Of a stretch of DNA of 64,000 bases, positions 27,938 to 38,325 are shown piece after piece. A program made the translations under genes and the position numbers. Position 1 is the stretch's first letter, and every line of letters begins with the position of its first letter. Source of the stretch: an uncultured Alistipes sp. (lineage in GTDB: Bacteria; Bacteroidota; Bacteroidia; Bacteroidales; Rikenellaceae); NCBI GenBank assembly GCA_949286165.1, contig CASDZK010000004.1, positions 3,302-67,301 on the forward strand, written 5' to 3'. Under the pieces are notes generated by a model. The model did no database searches and was not told the DNA's origin. It saw only the letters and a program-made list of their open reading frames with translations.

Positions 27938-29797
27938 ATGAAAACATTGTCCTTTTTTTATCTGTTTTTATGCTGCACGGTCCAAGCGCAGGCCGCCCGC
28001 CTGTTCGTCGAAGCGGAAAGTTTTTTCGACAAGGGAGGATGGGTCGTCGATCAACAATTCATGGACCAGATGGGATCGCCTTACCTCATGGCCCACGGCA
28101 TGGGGAAACCGGTAACGGACGCCACGACCCGAGTCCGTTTCCCGGCCAAAGGACGTTATTACGTCTTTGTAAGAACCTTCAACTGGACATCGCCCTGGGA
28201 CGACCGGGAAGGGCCGGGAAAATTCCTTCTTTCCGTAGGAAACGTCCGTATCGACACGGTATTGGGAAACCGAGGCAACCGATGGATGTGGCAACCGGCC
28301 GGGACCGTTGCCGTATCCCGAACCGACCAGTCTTTGACGCTGCATGATTTGACCGGTTTCAACGGTCGATGCGACGCCATTTATTTTACCACGGACAAAA
28401 ACGATATTCCGCCATCCGATCCGGAAACTCTCGCCCTGTTTCGGGGAAAACGCCAGAAGTTACCCGAACCGCATGTCCGGGACGGATACGATCTGGTAGT
28501 CGCCGGCGGAGGCATAGCCGGCATTTGTGCGGCCGTATCCGCAGCGCGTTTGGGATGCAAAGTAGCTTTAATCAACGACCGGCCGGTTCTCGGAGGAAAC
28601 AACAGTTCGGAAATCCGAGTGCATTTGGGAGGAAGAATAGAAACGGGTCCCTACAAAGAACTGGGAAACCTGCTGAAAGAATTCGGCCCCGTTAAAGGGG
28701 GAAATGCACAACCCGCCGCTTATTACGAAGATGACAAAAAAGAAGAGATCGTCCACGGGGAAGAAAACATCTCGCTTTTTCCGAACTATCGCATAGTGCA
28801 GGTAACGGCAACCGACGGAATCATTCGATCCGTAACTGCGGTACATATAGAAACCGGAGAAAAGGCCGTATTTCAAGCGCCGTTATTTTCGGATTGCACA
28901 GGAGACGGAACGGTTGGTTATCTGGCCGGCGCGGATTACCGCATGGGAAGGGAAAGTCGGGAAGAATTCGGAGAAACGACAGCTCCGGAAACCGCGGACT
29001 CGATGACGATGGGAGCTTCCGTACAATGGTATTCGGAAGAACGGGAGAAACCGTCGGAATTCCCGGTTTTCGAATACGGTCCCGCCTTTCATGCCGGTAA
29101 CTGCGAACCGGTAACTTTCGGGGAGTGGACGTGGGAAACAGGCATGAACTACGACCAGATCGAAGAGTTCGAACGCATACGGGACTACGGCTTATTGGTC
29201 ATCTATGCGAACTGGAGTTACCTGAAAAACAAGTCCGACCATGCGGAACGATACAAAAACCGGGAACTGGCATGGGTGGCTTACATCGCAGGGAAACGGG
29301 AATCCCGCAGGTTATTGGGGGACTACATATTGAAGGAGGACGATTTGCGCAAATACGTGAATCATGAGGACGGAACGGCCGCCACTTCATGGACCATAGA
29401 TTTGCATTATCCCGATCCGCAAAACACCCGGAATTTTCCCGGCAACGAATTCAAATCCATCGCCCGGCACATCCCCATTCATCCTTATCCCATTCCGTAC
29501 CGCTGCCTGTATTCCCGAAATATCCGGAACCTGTTCATGGCCGGGCGCAACATCAGTGTGACCCATGTGGCTTTAGGAACCGTACGAGTCATGCGGACTA
29601 CGGGCATGATGGGCGAAGTAGTGGGCATGGCGGCCTGGTTATGCAAGAAATACGAAACATTGCCTCGGGAAATATACCGGTCGCACCTTTCGGAACTGAA
29701 AACACTGATGACGAAAGGGACAGGCCGGAAAGGACTTCCCAACAACCAACGCTACAACGAAGGCGGAACCTTGCGCGATAAGCCTGTTATACCCTAA
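27938..29797 (+). CDS. exported FAD-dependent oxidoreductase with N-terminal ~170-aa non-Rossmann domain
   Basis: Signal peptide MKTLSFFYLFLCCTVQAQA. Dinucleotide-binding motif DLVVAGGGIAGICAAVSAARLG, followed by VLGGNNSSE. Confidence 0.8.
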   Translation: MKTLSFFYLFLCCTVQAQAARLFVEAESFFDKGGWVVDQQFMDQMGSPYLMAHGMGKPVTDATTRVRFPAKGRYYVFVRTFNWTSPWDDREGPGKFLLSVGNVRIDTVLGNRGNRWMWQPAGTVAVSRTDQSLTLHDLTGFNGRCDAIYFTTDKNDIPPSDPETLALFRGKRQKLPEPHVRDGYDLVVAGGGIAGICAAVSAARLGCKVALINDRPVLGGNNSSEIRVHLGGRIETGPYKELGNLLKEFGPVKGGNAQPAAYYEDDKKEEIVHGEENISLFPNYRIVQVTATDGIIRSVTAVHIETGEKAVFQAPLFSDCTGDGTVGYLAGADYRMGRESREEFGETTAPETADSMTMGASVQWYSEEREKPSEFPVFEYGPAFHAGNCEPVTFGEWTWETGMNYDQIEEFERIRDYGLLVIYANWSYLKNKSDHAERYKNRELAWVAYIAGKRESRRLLGDYILKEDDLRKYVNHEDGTAATSWTIDLHYPDPQNTRNFPGNEFKSIARHIPIHPYPIPYRCLYSRNIRNLFMAGRNISVTHVALGTVRVMRTTGMMGEVVGMAAWLCKKYETLPREIYRSHLSELKTLMTKGTGRKGLPNNQRYNEGGTLRDKPVIP

Positions 29798-29960
29798 AAT
29801 TCTTGCCGCTTCAACAGGCAGGCGCATTTCGCCTCTTATAAGTTCCGCACATTTTCATCTGCCATCGGCTCGGTATTCCGGCATTTCAAAACGTTTTCCG
29901 TCGAGCCGAAACCGGGGAAGACACGCTACCACGAGCATCGCGACTACGAAACGGAAAAAT

Positions 29961-29995
29961 AAAAAAGGGCCCGACAGATTCCGGGCCCCTTTTTT
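29961..29995. terminator. bidirectional intrinsic terminator (convergent gap)
   Basis: AAAAAAGGGCCCG-acagattc-CGGGCCCCTTTTTT: GC stem 29967-29973 / 29982-29988 with flanking A and T runs. Confidence 0.75.
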
Positions 29996-30011
29996 AAAAC
30001 GCTCACAACGT

Positions 30012-30794
30012 CTATTCTTCCATAGGAGTTCCTACAAAATTAGCATCTACGGTCAAGACTCCGTCCAAAACATCGATTTTCATCGGCAAGGTAAACGTTC
30101 CGTCCACCACGCTGGCATTTTCAACATTTACGACACAATGTGCGGGAATGATCTGTCCGAAAATAGGTACATCGATAGTCCCCAAATCCTTCGTACCGTT
30201 AAAGACATAACCGTTATCGGTTTTGGTCACGGTACATCCGCCGACTTCCACTTCGCCTAAAGGAATGGTCGCATTCATGGACTCGATATCGATGGTAAAA
30301 TCACTGATATACACCCTGACCGTCGTCTCGGACTCTTTTTCCAAACTGATATTGTACGGAGCGTCCTCTACCAGTGAAATCTCTGGCAAAGACACGTCCA
30401 ACGTTCCCGAATACACGTCGAACATAGAGCCGGTGCAAGTAGCTGTATAACTATTTTTCGTCTTTCCGTCCTCTGCCGTAACGACATAATTCATACCCGT
30501 TTCGAACGATCCGCTGAAAGAATAGGTAGCTCCTTCTGAAACGACTATCGTAGGATGCAAGGCGGCTATATCGAAATTGTCGGCCATTCCGTCTACGGTA
30601 AAGGAAATCGACGTTCCGCGGATAATGGGTTGAGAAGTTACGATACTGTTTTCTCCCTCGGAAGTGTTAAAAGTAAAACTTTCAATGGCAGCGTCACTGC
30701 TCAGAACCGGCGATTCATCATCGTTTTTGTCGCAAGACGTAAACCCGATGAATCCGATGGCAGCAATAAGCGCCGGATAAACAAATTTTTTCAT
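30012..30794 (-). CDS. lipoprotein, function unknown (two beta-rich domains)
   Basis: Lipoprotein signal MKKFVYPALIAAIGFIGFTSC; 260 aa. Alternating beta-strand-like pattern. No catalytic motif recognised. Confidence 0.7.
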   Translation of the reverse strand: MKKFVYPALIAAIGFIGFTSCDKNDDESPVLSSDAAIESFTFNTSEGENSIVTSQPIIRGTSISFTVDGMADNFDIAALHPTIVVSEGATYSFSGSFETGMNYVVTAEDGKTKNSYTATCTGSMFDVYSGTLDVSLPEISLVEDAPYNISLEKESETTVRVYISDFTIDIESMNATIPLGEVEVGGCTVTKTDNGYVFNGTKDLGTIDVPIFGQIIPAHCVVNVENASVVDGTFTLPMKIDVLDGVLTVDANFVGTPMEE

Positions 30795-30817
30795 ATTGCC
30801 ATAATTTTTGATTCTGA

Positions 30818-30825
30818 CAAATATA
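30818..30825 (-). promoter_or_regulatory. candidate -7 promoter box (TAtaTTTG on minus strand) for lipoprotein gene
   Basis: The plus strand reads CAAATATA, the reverse complement of TAnnTTTG. It lies 24 nt upstream of the minus-strand ATG at 30794. Confidence 0.5.
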
Positions 30826-30979
30826 TATATATAAATTCACAGGATTGTTCCGAAACACCGTTTATTATATATATTCATGCACCAACGGAATCCACATTGA
30901 AATATCACGCTTCCGATAAATTACCGGTCAATTACCATTCCGGCATAATACACAGCATATCATTGAAAAAAGTTGAACA

Positions 30980-31083
30980 AAAAGGTTTCAGGTGCAAGGC
31001 TTTGCTTTTCAGAGATGAGAGAACATACTGACGTACGCGACCGAATCTTTGAAAAGCAGTAACACACACCTGAAGCCTTTTTT
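30980..31083. terminator. ~100-nt extended hairpin downstream of the glycogen operon (terminator or structured RNA)
   Basis: The outer arm AAAAGGTTTCAGGTG (30980-30994) pairs with CACCTGAAGCCTTTT (31067-31081, one G-U). The inner arm GCTTTTCAGAGAT (31004-31016) pairs with ATCTTTGAAAAGC (31045-31057, one mismatch). Confidence 0.55.
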
Positions 31084-31147
31084 ATCCAACTTGCCGGTAA
31101 AGTATGGAAAGAAGGCTATTTAGACATCCCTAATACGAAAAAACAGA

Positions 31148-32380
31148 TTAAGCAAAAGCCGGAGCCGTCGCTTTCGGCGATTGCTTCTGCATCAGCTTCG
31201 CATACCGGTTATTCACATCCCGGGAAAAATCGCTCAACACGTTCATGTAATTGATAAACGCATCGTAAGGCGAATCATAAGGCGATTCCTTGCCGACCAT
31301 GCTGGTAAACCATTTCGTATTCATGTAATAGAAATGGTTGGCGGACTGCAAAAAATCCCATACATGATTCAATCCGGGATCATTCAGCGTTTCCACTTTA
31401 TCCCGCAATGCATATAATTTGGAAACGGCCTCTTCCTGCAGTTCGTTACCCAACCAGGCAGTAGTATCCCGTTCCTCATCCGTCCACGAAATCGGATACG
31501 GCACATGCAACACCGCTTTGGGTTGATACTCTTTAATGACGGTTTGCGGAGTTCCGAATTGGATACCCGGACGTTTAAGCGCTTCTTCCGGCAAATATTT
31601 CACGAAATCGAAAATACCCGACTCACAAGGTTGGTAAGCACCGAAAGTTTCATAATCCAGAAAGATATTGACGATATCCCCCGCATGTTCGTCTTCCTCG
31701 ATATGATCGATATATTTTTTCGCTGTCAGAGGCCATTCGCTCCAACTGCGATCGGAGAAACGATACCGAATGTCATCGCTCAGTCCGCTGTTTCGCAACA
31801 ACAGGTTCAATCCGGGATTTTCCGCATTGGTATAAAGATAGCCGGGACTTCGCCATCCCAGAATATGTCGTGCTCCTTCCGTAACCATCGCCGTATATCC
31901 CATATCGGCCACGACCTCTCCGATATGGTCGGAATAAATCAACTCCGTATTTCTGAACGTACGCGGTTTAACACCGAATTCCTTTTCAATCAACCGGCTC
32001 TGGCGTTCCACGTCCCGACGAAAAGCTCCGTCATCGATCAACGACACCAACGAATCGGAATAAGTTTCCGCAAAAAATTCCACATTTTCCGATGCCGCCA
32101 ACACCTTGAAGCTCTCCAACACGTCGGGCACATAATGTTTCAGCAGCTCGATCATTGAACCGGTCATGGAGAAACTGACTTTGAACTTTCCGTCATATTT
32201 CTCGATCAATCGGCTAATTAACTGATTCATCGGCTTATAACAACGCATAGCGTTTTTGACGACAACCGCCCGGTTCAAATGGTCATCCAAATAATTCACG
32301 TCTCTTCCCATATTGAAGAAACGGTATTTTCTCAGCTTCAACGGCTGATGAACCTCAAAATATAAGCAAATCGTCTTCAT
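31148..32380 (-). CDS. GH57 family glycoside hydrolase (alpha-amylase/branching-like)
   Basis: N-terminus MKTICLYFEVHQPLKLRKYRFF is typical of GH57; 410 aa. It sits in an operon with the GT4 and debranching enzyme genes. Confidence 0.85.
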   Translation of the reverse strand: MKTICLYFEVHQPLKLRKYRFFNMGRDVNYLDDHLNRAVVVKNAMRCYKPMNQLISRLIEKYDGKFKVSFSMTGSMIELLKHYVPDVLESFKVLAASENVEFFAETYSDSLVSLIDDGAFRRDVERQSRLIEKEFGVKPRTFRNTELIYSDHIGEVVADMGYTAMVTEGARHILGWRSPGYLYTNAENPGLNLLLRNSGLSDDIRYRFSDRSWSEWPLTAKKYIDHIEEDEHAGDIVNIFLDYETFGAYQPCESGIFDFVKYLPEEALKRPGIQFGTPQTVIKEYQPKAVLHVPYPISWTDEERDTTAWLGNELQEEAVSKLYALRDKVETLNDPGLNHVWDFLQSANHFYYMNTKWFTSMVGKESPYDSPYDAFINYMNVLSDFSRDVNNRYAKLMQKQSPKATAPAFA

Positions 32381-32427
32381 GACAAACCTCCTTTTTAATA
32401 CGGAATCGGATCCGACTCCGAAACCGA

Positions 32428-33711
32428 CTATATAACACTATTGTATACTTCCACAACTTTCATGGCCGCATTATTCCACTTCAGGGACATTACCTCTTCC
32501 TGCCCCTTATTGATAAACAGCTTCGACAGAGCCGGATAAGTTATCAACCCGTAAATGGCATCCGCCAAAGCATCCACATCCCAATAATCCACTTTTATAG
32601 CATATTTCAAGACCTCTGCCACACCCGACTGTTTGGAAATAATAACCGGAACACTCGACCTCATGGCCTCCAAAGGCGATATGCCGAATGGTTCGGACAC
32701 GGAGGGCATCACATACACGTCGCTCAACGCAAACATGTCATTCACTTCGTCTCCTTTCAAAAAGCCGGTAAAATGAAACCGGTCCGATATGCCCAGTTTG
32801 GCCACGCGACGAATCATCTTATTCAACATGTCGCCGCTGCCCGCCATAACGAACCGGACATTAGGAACCTGTTTCAGAACTTTAGCCGCAGCTTCGATAA
32901 AATACTCGGGTCCTTTTTGATAGGTAATACGTCCCAAAAAAGTCACGATCTTATCGTCCAACGCCCGTTCCGGACGTCCTTTATCGTTTTCGGCGAAACG
33001 AACGGCATTATGCACCGTAACCACCTTGCACGGGTCGATACCGTATTTGTTGATAACGATATTACGAGTCAGGTTGCTTACAGCAATGACCTTGTCCGCC
33101 GCGTCCATCCCTCTTTTCTCAATATTGAACACATTGGTATTGACGTTTTCGCCCGTACGGTCGTACTCCGTCGCATGTACATGGATAACCAACGGTTTTC
33201 CGGAAATCTCCTTAGCCGCGATCCCCGCCAGATAAGTAAGCCAGTCATGAGCATGAATCACATCGAACTCCCCTTCCATATCTTTTGCGATCTGCGCCCC
33301 GATAACCGCGTAACGCATTACTTCTTCCATCAGGTTGGCCCCGTATTTGCCGGAGAACTGATACCTTTGGTACCAAAGTTCGCTCCGCTTATGCAACTGC
33401 TCCTCCGTATATTCCCTTCTCAGTTCATTAAACTCCTCTTCCGAAGAATAAGGAACGATATTGGAATCGATATGAATAAAAGTGACCATATTCCGGATAC
33501 TTTCCGTCAAAGAATCCTGATAGACGGCTTCGACATCGCTGGCATTCAAAATTCTCACAAAGCGTTGGTCTTCATTTCCGTATGCCTTAGGGACCACGAA
33601 TTTTACCTCAACTCCGTTGCGGGCCAAACCGCGGGTCAATCCATAACACGCCGTTCCCAACCCTCCGGTAATATGAGGCGGAAACTCCCACCCGAACATT
33701 AACACTTTCAT
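32428..33711 (-). CDS. GT4 glycosyltransferase (glycogen-synthase-like)
   Basis: MKVLMFGWEFPPHITGGLGTACYGL N-terminus and GT-B E-x7-E region MPSVSEPFGISPLEAM; 427 aa. Confidence 0.85.
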   Translation of the reverse strand: MKVLMFGWEFPPHITGGLGTACYGLTRGLARNGVEVKFVVPKAYGNEDQRFVRILNASDVEAVYQDSLTESIRNMVTFIHIDSNIVPYSSEEEFNELRREYTEEQLHKRSELWYQRYQFSGKYGANLMEEVMRYAVIGAQIAKDMEGEFDVIHAHDWLTYLAGIAAKEISGKPLVIHVHATEYDRTGENVNTNVFNIEKRGMDAADKVIAVSNLTRNIVINKYGIDPCKVVTVHNAVRFAENDKGRPERALDDKIVTFLGRITYQKGPEYFIEAAAKVLKQVPNVRFVMAGSGDMLNKMIRRVAKLGISDRFHFTGFLKGDEVNDMFALSDVYVMPSVSEPFGISPLEAMRSSVPVIISKQSGVAEVLKYAIKVDYWDVDALADAIYGLITYPALSKLFINKGQEEVMSLKWNNAAMKVVEVYNSVI

Positions 33712-35684
33712 AACTTATATACCTTTTTTTTATTCATTACAACTTTACTTTTATTCGTTTGGGGCTGCACAATATCCAGTATATTCAACATGGCCGCTAC
33801 ACTGGTTGCGCAAGATACGGCTCCGCGGGGATGGTACGGAGGATCGCCTTCATACATTTCGGCCATATTGGCTATGCCGAAATCCAAATAATCTTCTTCA
33901 TACAATTTTATAAGTTTGCTGCAATATTCTTCCGCTTCGTCCTTGCGCATATAAAGAAGCGCCTGAACATAGAAAGCGGTCAGCCAAAGGGCAATACCTC
34001 CATTAGCCAACACGCCCCGACAATCAGCCGTCATATTGCAGATGCCGGTATAAGACAAATCCGTAGGGGACAACGTTCTTATTCCCCTCGGTGTCCTCAA
34101 ATGCCGTGCCACCACATCCAATACCGACAGAATACGGGTATCGCTGATCGGTTTATAACGCAACCCGCAAGCGATCAATTGATTGGCTCTGATTTGAAGA
34201 TTCGGTCCGAGATCATTCACATAATCTGCCAAATACCGCTCATCGTCAATGACGAAAACTTCGTTAAAAGAACGGCGAATACGATCGTCGAAATCTTTCC
34301 ACTCGTCCAAAAAGACGAAATCTCCAAATTCATCGGCCAACTCCAAGGCATAACAAACCGCATTATACCATAAAGCGCACACTTCAACCACATAACCGTT
34401 CCGCGGATTTTCAGGGAATTCTTCCCGATCCGCCCATCCCATCCAAGTCAAAGGACAATGCGTATTGTCCTTGACCCAGATCAGACCGTTATCATGCATT
34501 TCGATAGCACCTTCGGCCGTTCCGTAAGAATAGGCGGTCAGCACGTTTTTCATGACCGCTCCGTAACGTCGCCATATTTTCGTCCGGGGAACAACGGCTT
34601 CCAACCGCTGCAAAGCATAGAAAAACCACAAGGAAGTGTCGGCGGCGACAGCCGAATCCTGAAAAGTTTCCGGGAACAATCCGTCGCGAACCGTAGCGCA
34701 CAAACGGTCCAAAGCCTCCATGCAAAGTTCGGGAGCGCGATTCGACAAAGTCAGGTCGGGCAAAGCGATAAAAGCGTCGCGGACGAACATATCCCGCCAA
34801 GGATAATTGGACAAAATTTCCACTCCGTCCTTTTTCCTTATCATAAACTGGCGTGCCGCATGTTCCAGACACAAACGGAAAGTCGTCTTGTCCGAACGAC
34901 GACTCGTTTCTTCCTTGAAAAGAGCCGCCAGGTATCGAGTAGGTATGGCCGTCGTAGAATAGGAAAAAATTACCTCTTCGCCCTCCTGCAAAGGCAACTC
35001 GAAAAAACCGACGGTAAAAAGATCCTCCGAATAAGACTTTCCTACCTCCTTATCCCGCTGGTATTCATAATTGTAGTACCAATCCGGTGCTGCAACAAAC
35101 GTCGAAGCCACGTTCGTCTGCATATAAAGGGGAGGTAGCCCCGGATATAAAGCGCATTTCACACCGTGTTCCACCGTTTCGACCTTTTCATTGACTTCCG
35201 CATTCGCTTTCGACAGTTCGTTTATTTCGCGGTAAGCCAACATGGGACGTACCCGCAACATTACCGGCTGGGAAGAACGCAATAAAGAATAACGGACCAG
35301 CAAATGATTACGGGAATGCATCCAAACCATCTCCTTTTTCAAAAGTATGTCTCCCACTGCATAAGTAATGCAAGGAACAGGAGAATAGGAAAATCCGGTT
35401 ATATATTTATTCCCTTTCGGATAAAAAGTCCCCGGAAATTGATGCACGGCTAAATTGAAAGCACATTCATTTTGAACGAGAGTCTCGTCGACGGAAGACA
35501 ACAACAAAAAGTTGCGATTATTTTGTTCCCGAACCGGACAAATCATCAATCCGTGATATCTTCTCGTATTGCAACAAGTGATTGTGGAACACATATATCC
35601 CCCGATACGATTCGTACTTAGAAATTCCCGATACAGGGAATATTCCAAATTGACCAGTTTATTCGTAACACCTAACTCAGTCAT
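33708..35684 (-). CDS. glycogen debranching enzyme (bacterial GDE N-domain + amylo-alpha-1,6-glucosidase)
   Basis: 658 aa. N-terminal YREFLSTNRIGGY...TRRYHGL. The C-terminal region looks like an (alpha/alpha)6 amylo-alpha-1,6-glucosidase domain, judged by overall resemblance only. 4-nt overlap with the GT4 start. Confidence 0.85.
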   Translation of the reverse strand: MTELGVTNKLVNLEYSLYREFLSTNRIGGYMCSTITCCNTRRYHGLMICPVREQNNRNFLLLSSVDETLVQNECAFNLAVHQFPGTFYPKGNKYITGFSYSPVPCITYAVGDILLKKEMVWMHSRNHLLVRYSLLRSSQPVMLRVRPMLAYREINELSKANAEVNEKVETVEHGVKCALYPGLPPLYMQTNVASTFVAAPDWYYNYEYQRDKEVGKSYSEDLFTVGFFELPLQEGEEVIFSYSTTAIPTRYLAALFKEETSRRSDKTTFRLCLEHAARQFMIRKKDGVEILSNYPWRDMFVRDAFIALPDLTLSNRAPELCMEALDRLCATVRDGLFPETFQDSAVAADTSLWFFYALQRLEAVVPRTKIWRRYGAVMKNVLTAYSYGTAEGAIEMHDNGLIWVKDNTHCPLTWMGWADREEFPENPRNGYVVEVCALWYNAVCYALELADEFGDFVFLDEWKDFDDRIRRSFNEVFVIDDERYLADYVNDLGPNLQIRANQLIACGLRYKPISDTRILSVLDVVARHLRTPRGIRTLSPTDLSYTGICNMTADCRGVLANGGIALWLTAFYVQALLYMRKDEAEEYCSKLIKLYEEDYLDFGIANMAEMYEGDPPYHPRGAVSCATSVAAMLNILDIVQPQTNKSKVVMNKKKVYKL

Positions 35685-35890
35685 AGTCCAATATTTTTAT
35701 TCTCTCCCCGTAAATATAACATTTTTTTCTCAAAAACAAAAATTTTTTGTTTTTTCTATAAAAAACCGTACGATCGTCCGGCATTCTTATCATTAAGATA
35801 ATAATGACTAACAATTTTTATGCGAAACAAGGACATTTTTTTATATATATAAAACAATTTCTTAACAACTGATCCGCCCGTTTTTACGAA

Positions 35891-35925
35891 AGGGGCTCGG
35901 AATAATTTGGATTATCCGAGCCCCC
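35891..35925 (-). terminator. hairpin terminator after topA
   Basis: AGGGGCTCGGAATAAT / ATTATCCGAGCCCCT is an imperfect inverted repeat with one bulge. It lies 28 nt downstream of the topA stop. Confidence 0.65.
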
Positions 35926-35952
35926 TTCCGTATCGCATATCTCATCGACCGA

Positions 35953-38322
35953 TTATTTGACCGTCTTTGCTTTTCGAGAAACGCGTTTTTTTACAGATAC
36001 GCCCCCTTCTGTTTTCTGACGTTCTACAATCTCCATGACTTCAGCATAAGAAAGATTTGCGATATCGCTCTCTTTAGGCAACTTATAATTCGCGCCGTCG
36101 TAAGCGATATAAGCTCCCCAACGACCTTTCAACAATTGCAGTTTTTCATCTTCAGGAAAAACCTTCAATACCTTTTCCCGATCTTTTTTACGTTTATCCT
36201 CAATCAACTCTATCGCTCTGTCCAATGGAACGGTATAAGGATTTTCCGACCGGGGTAAGGAAACGAATTTGCCGTCATGACGAATATAAGGGCCGAAACG
36301 GCCTACTCCGATCACAACCTCTTTCCCTTCGTATTCTCCCAAAGAACGGGGCAAAGCGAACAAGTTCAACGCCTCTTCCAACGTAATGGTTTCAATCAAT
36401 TGTCCTGCCTGCAAGCTTGCATATTGGGGTTTGTTCGCCTCGTCGCCGCTCTCGCCGATCTGAACCATGGGACCGAAACGGCCTATACGGGCGTAAACAT
36501 GCTTTCCGCTGACCGGATCGACTCCCAACAACCGTTGCCGGGAAGTGGCGAAACTTCCCTCTTCCTCTTTTGCCGCCGACACGGATTGATGGAAAGGCAG
36601 ATAAAACCTCCGGATCATTTCCTCCCAGGCAAGCCTCCCTTTCGCAATATCGTCGAACTCCTCTTCTACCTTAGCCGTAAAATTATAATCGAGAATCGCA
36701 GGAAAGTGACTTTCCAAATAATCGTTTACCAAAATTCCGATATTCGTAGAGAACAATTTGGCTTTCTCGGTACCTGTAATTTCCGTAAGTTCCTTCTCGG
36801 TTATTTTACCGTTTTTCAACGTCAATTGCAGATATTTCCGCTCTACTCCCTCCCGATCTTCTTTTACCACATATCCCCGATTGATGATGGTACTGATGGT
36901 TGGAGCATACGTGGAAGGCCGACCTATGCCCAGATCTTCCAAATGTTTGACCAAAGTCGCTTCCGAAAAACGAGGCGGCCGCAGATCGAACCGTTGCGTG
37001 GTTTCGATCCGGTCGTTATCCAGTTTCGTTCCTATCTCCATAATCGGCAACAAAGCGTTGTCCCCTTCTTTCGGTTCCGTCTCATCGTCCGCAACGGAAG
37101 CTTCCGAATAAAGTTTCAAGAAACCTTCATCAACTAAAACTTCTCCTTTGGCCACGAACTTTTTATCGCAAGAACTGACGGCGATATCGATCACGGTACG
37201 TTCCAGCAAAGCATCGCTCATCTGAGAAGCCACCGTACGTTTCCATATCAAATCATACAGTTTCTTTTCCTGCGCAGACCCGTCGATAAACTGTCTTTCA
37301 ATATAAGCCGGGCGAATTGCCTCATGCGCCTCTTGGGCTCCCTTGCTCTTGGTCTTATAAACCCGTTTATGGTAATATTTGCTTCCGAACAGATCGGCAA
37401 CAACCGACTCTATGGCAGACATGGCTTCAACGGACAGATTGACGGAGTCGGTACGCATATAGGTAATTAAACCGGCTTCATACAAACGTTGCGCGATACT
37501 CATGGTTTGCCCTACGGAAAAGCCCAATTTGCGACCGGCTTCCTGTTGGAGAGTGGAGGTCGTAAACGGAGCCGAAGGCGAACGACGGGCCGGTTTTTTC
37601 TCTACCGACACCACCTGATATTCCGCCCCGATACAAGCATTCAAAAACATCTTGGTCTCCTCCAAGGTTTTAAAACGATGATTCAATTCCGCTTTAAAAC
37701 GAACGGTTCCTCCATTTTTATCCTTAAAAGCAAAAACGGCCGTTGTTCGATAAAAATGGCCGCCTTTAAAATTAATGATTTCACGTTCACGTTGAACAAT
37801 CAACCGTACCGCTACCGACTGCACCCGACCCGCGGACAAGGAAGGCTTTACCTTGCGCCACAAAACGGGGGAAAGCTCGAAGCCCACCAGACGGTCCAGG
37901 ATCCGACGAGCCTGTTGCGCATTTACCAAATCGATATTGACGACCCGGGGATTGGCCACGGCCTTCGTAATCGCGTTTTTGGTAATTTCATGAAAAACAA
38001 TCCGGCGGGTATTCTCCACATCCAAATCGAGTACCTGCGACAAATGCCAGGCAATAGCCTCCCCTTCCCGGTCTTCATCGGAAGCCAACCAAACGCATTT
38101 GGCCTTGGCTGCCAATTTCTTCAATTCGTCGACAATCTTTTTCTTATCTTCGGATATTTCGTACGTAGGGACAAAATCATGATCCACATCAACGCCCAAA
38201 CCCTTCTTAGGCAAATCCCTCACATGTCCGAAACTCGATTTTACCAGATATTCTTTTCCTAAAAATTTCTCTATTGTTTTTGCCTTGGTAGGAGACTCGA
38301 CAATAACTAAATTTTCCGCCAT
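35953..38322 (-). CDS. topA: DNA topoisomerase I
   Basis: Toprim N-terminus MAENLVIVESPTKAKTIEKFLG, then SSFGHVRDLP, DEDREGEAIAWH and the active-site Tyr region ITYMRTDS; 789 aa. Confidence 0.95.
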   Translation of the reverse strand: MAENLVIVESPTKAKTIEKFLGKEYLVKSSFGHVRDLPKKGLGVDVDHDFVPTYEISEDKKKIVDELKKLAAKAKCVWLASDEDREGEAIAWHLSQVLDLDVENTRRIVFHEITKNAITKAVANPRVVNIDLVNAQQARRILDRLVGFELSPVLWRKVKPSLSAGRVQSVAVRLIVQREREIINFKGGHFYRTTAVFAFKDKNGGTVRFKAELNHRFKTLEETKMFLNACIGAEYQVVSVEKKPARRSPSAPFTTSTLQQEAGRKLGFSVGQTMSIAQRLYEAGLITYMRTDSVNLSVEAMSAIESVVADLFGSKYYHKRVYKTKSKGAQEAHEAIRPAYIERQFIDGSAQEKKLYDLIWKRTVASQMSDALLERTVIDIAVSSCDKKFVAKGEVLVDEGFLKLYSEASVADDETEPKEGDNALLPIMEIGTKLDNDRIETTQRFDLRPPRFSEATLVKHLEDLGIGRPSTYAPTISTIINRGYVVKEDREGVERKYLQLTLKNGKITEKELTEITGTEKAKLFSTNIGILVNDYLESHFPAILDYNFTAKVEEEFDDIAKGRLAWEEMIRRFYLPFHQSVSAAKEEEGSFATSRQRLLGVDPVSGKHVYARIGRFGPMVQIGESGDEANKPQYASLQAGQLIETITLEEALNLFALPRSLGEYEGKEVVIGVGRFGPYIRHDGKFVSLPRSENPYTVPLDRAIELIEDKRKKDREKVLKVFPEDEKLQLLKGRWGAYIAYDGANYKLPKESDIANLSYAEVMEIVERQKTEGGVSVKKRVSRKAKTVK

Positions 38323-38325
38323 ATT

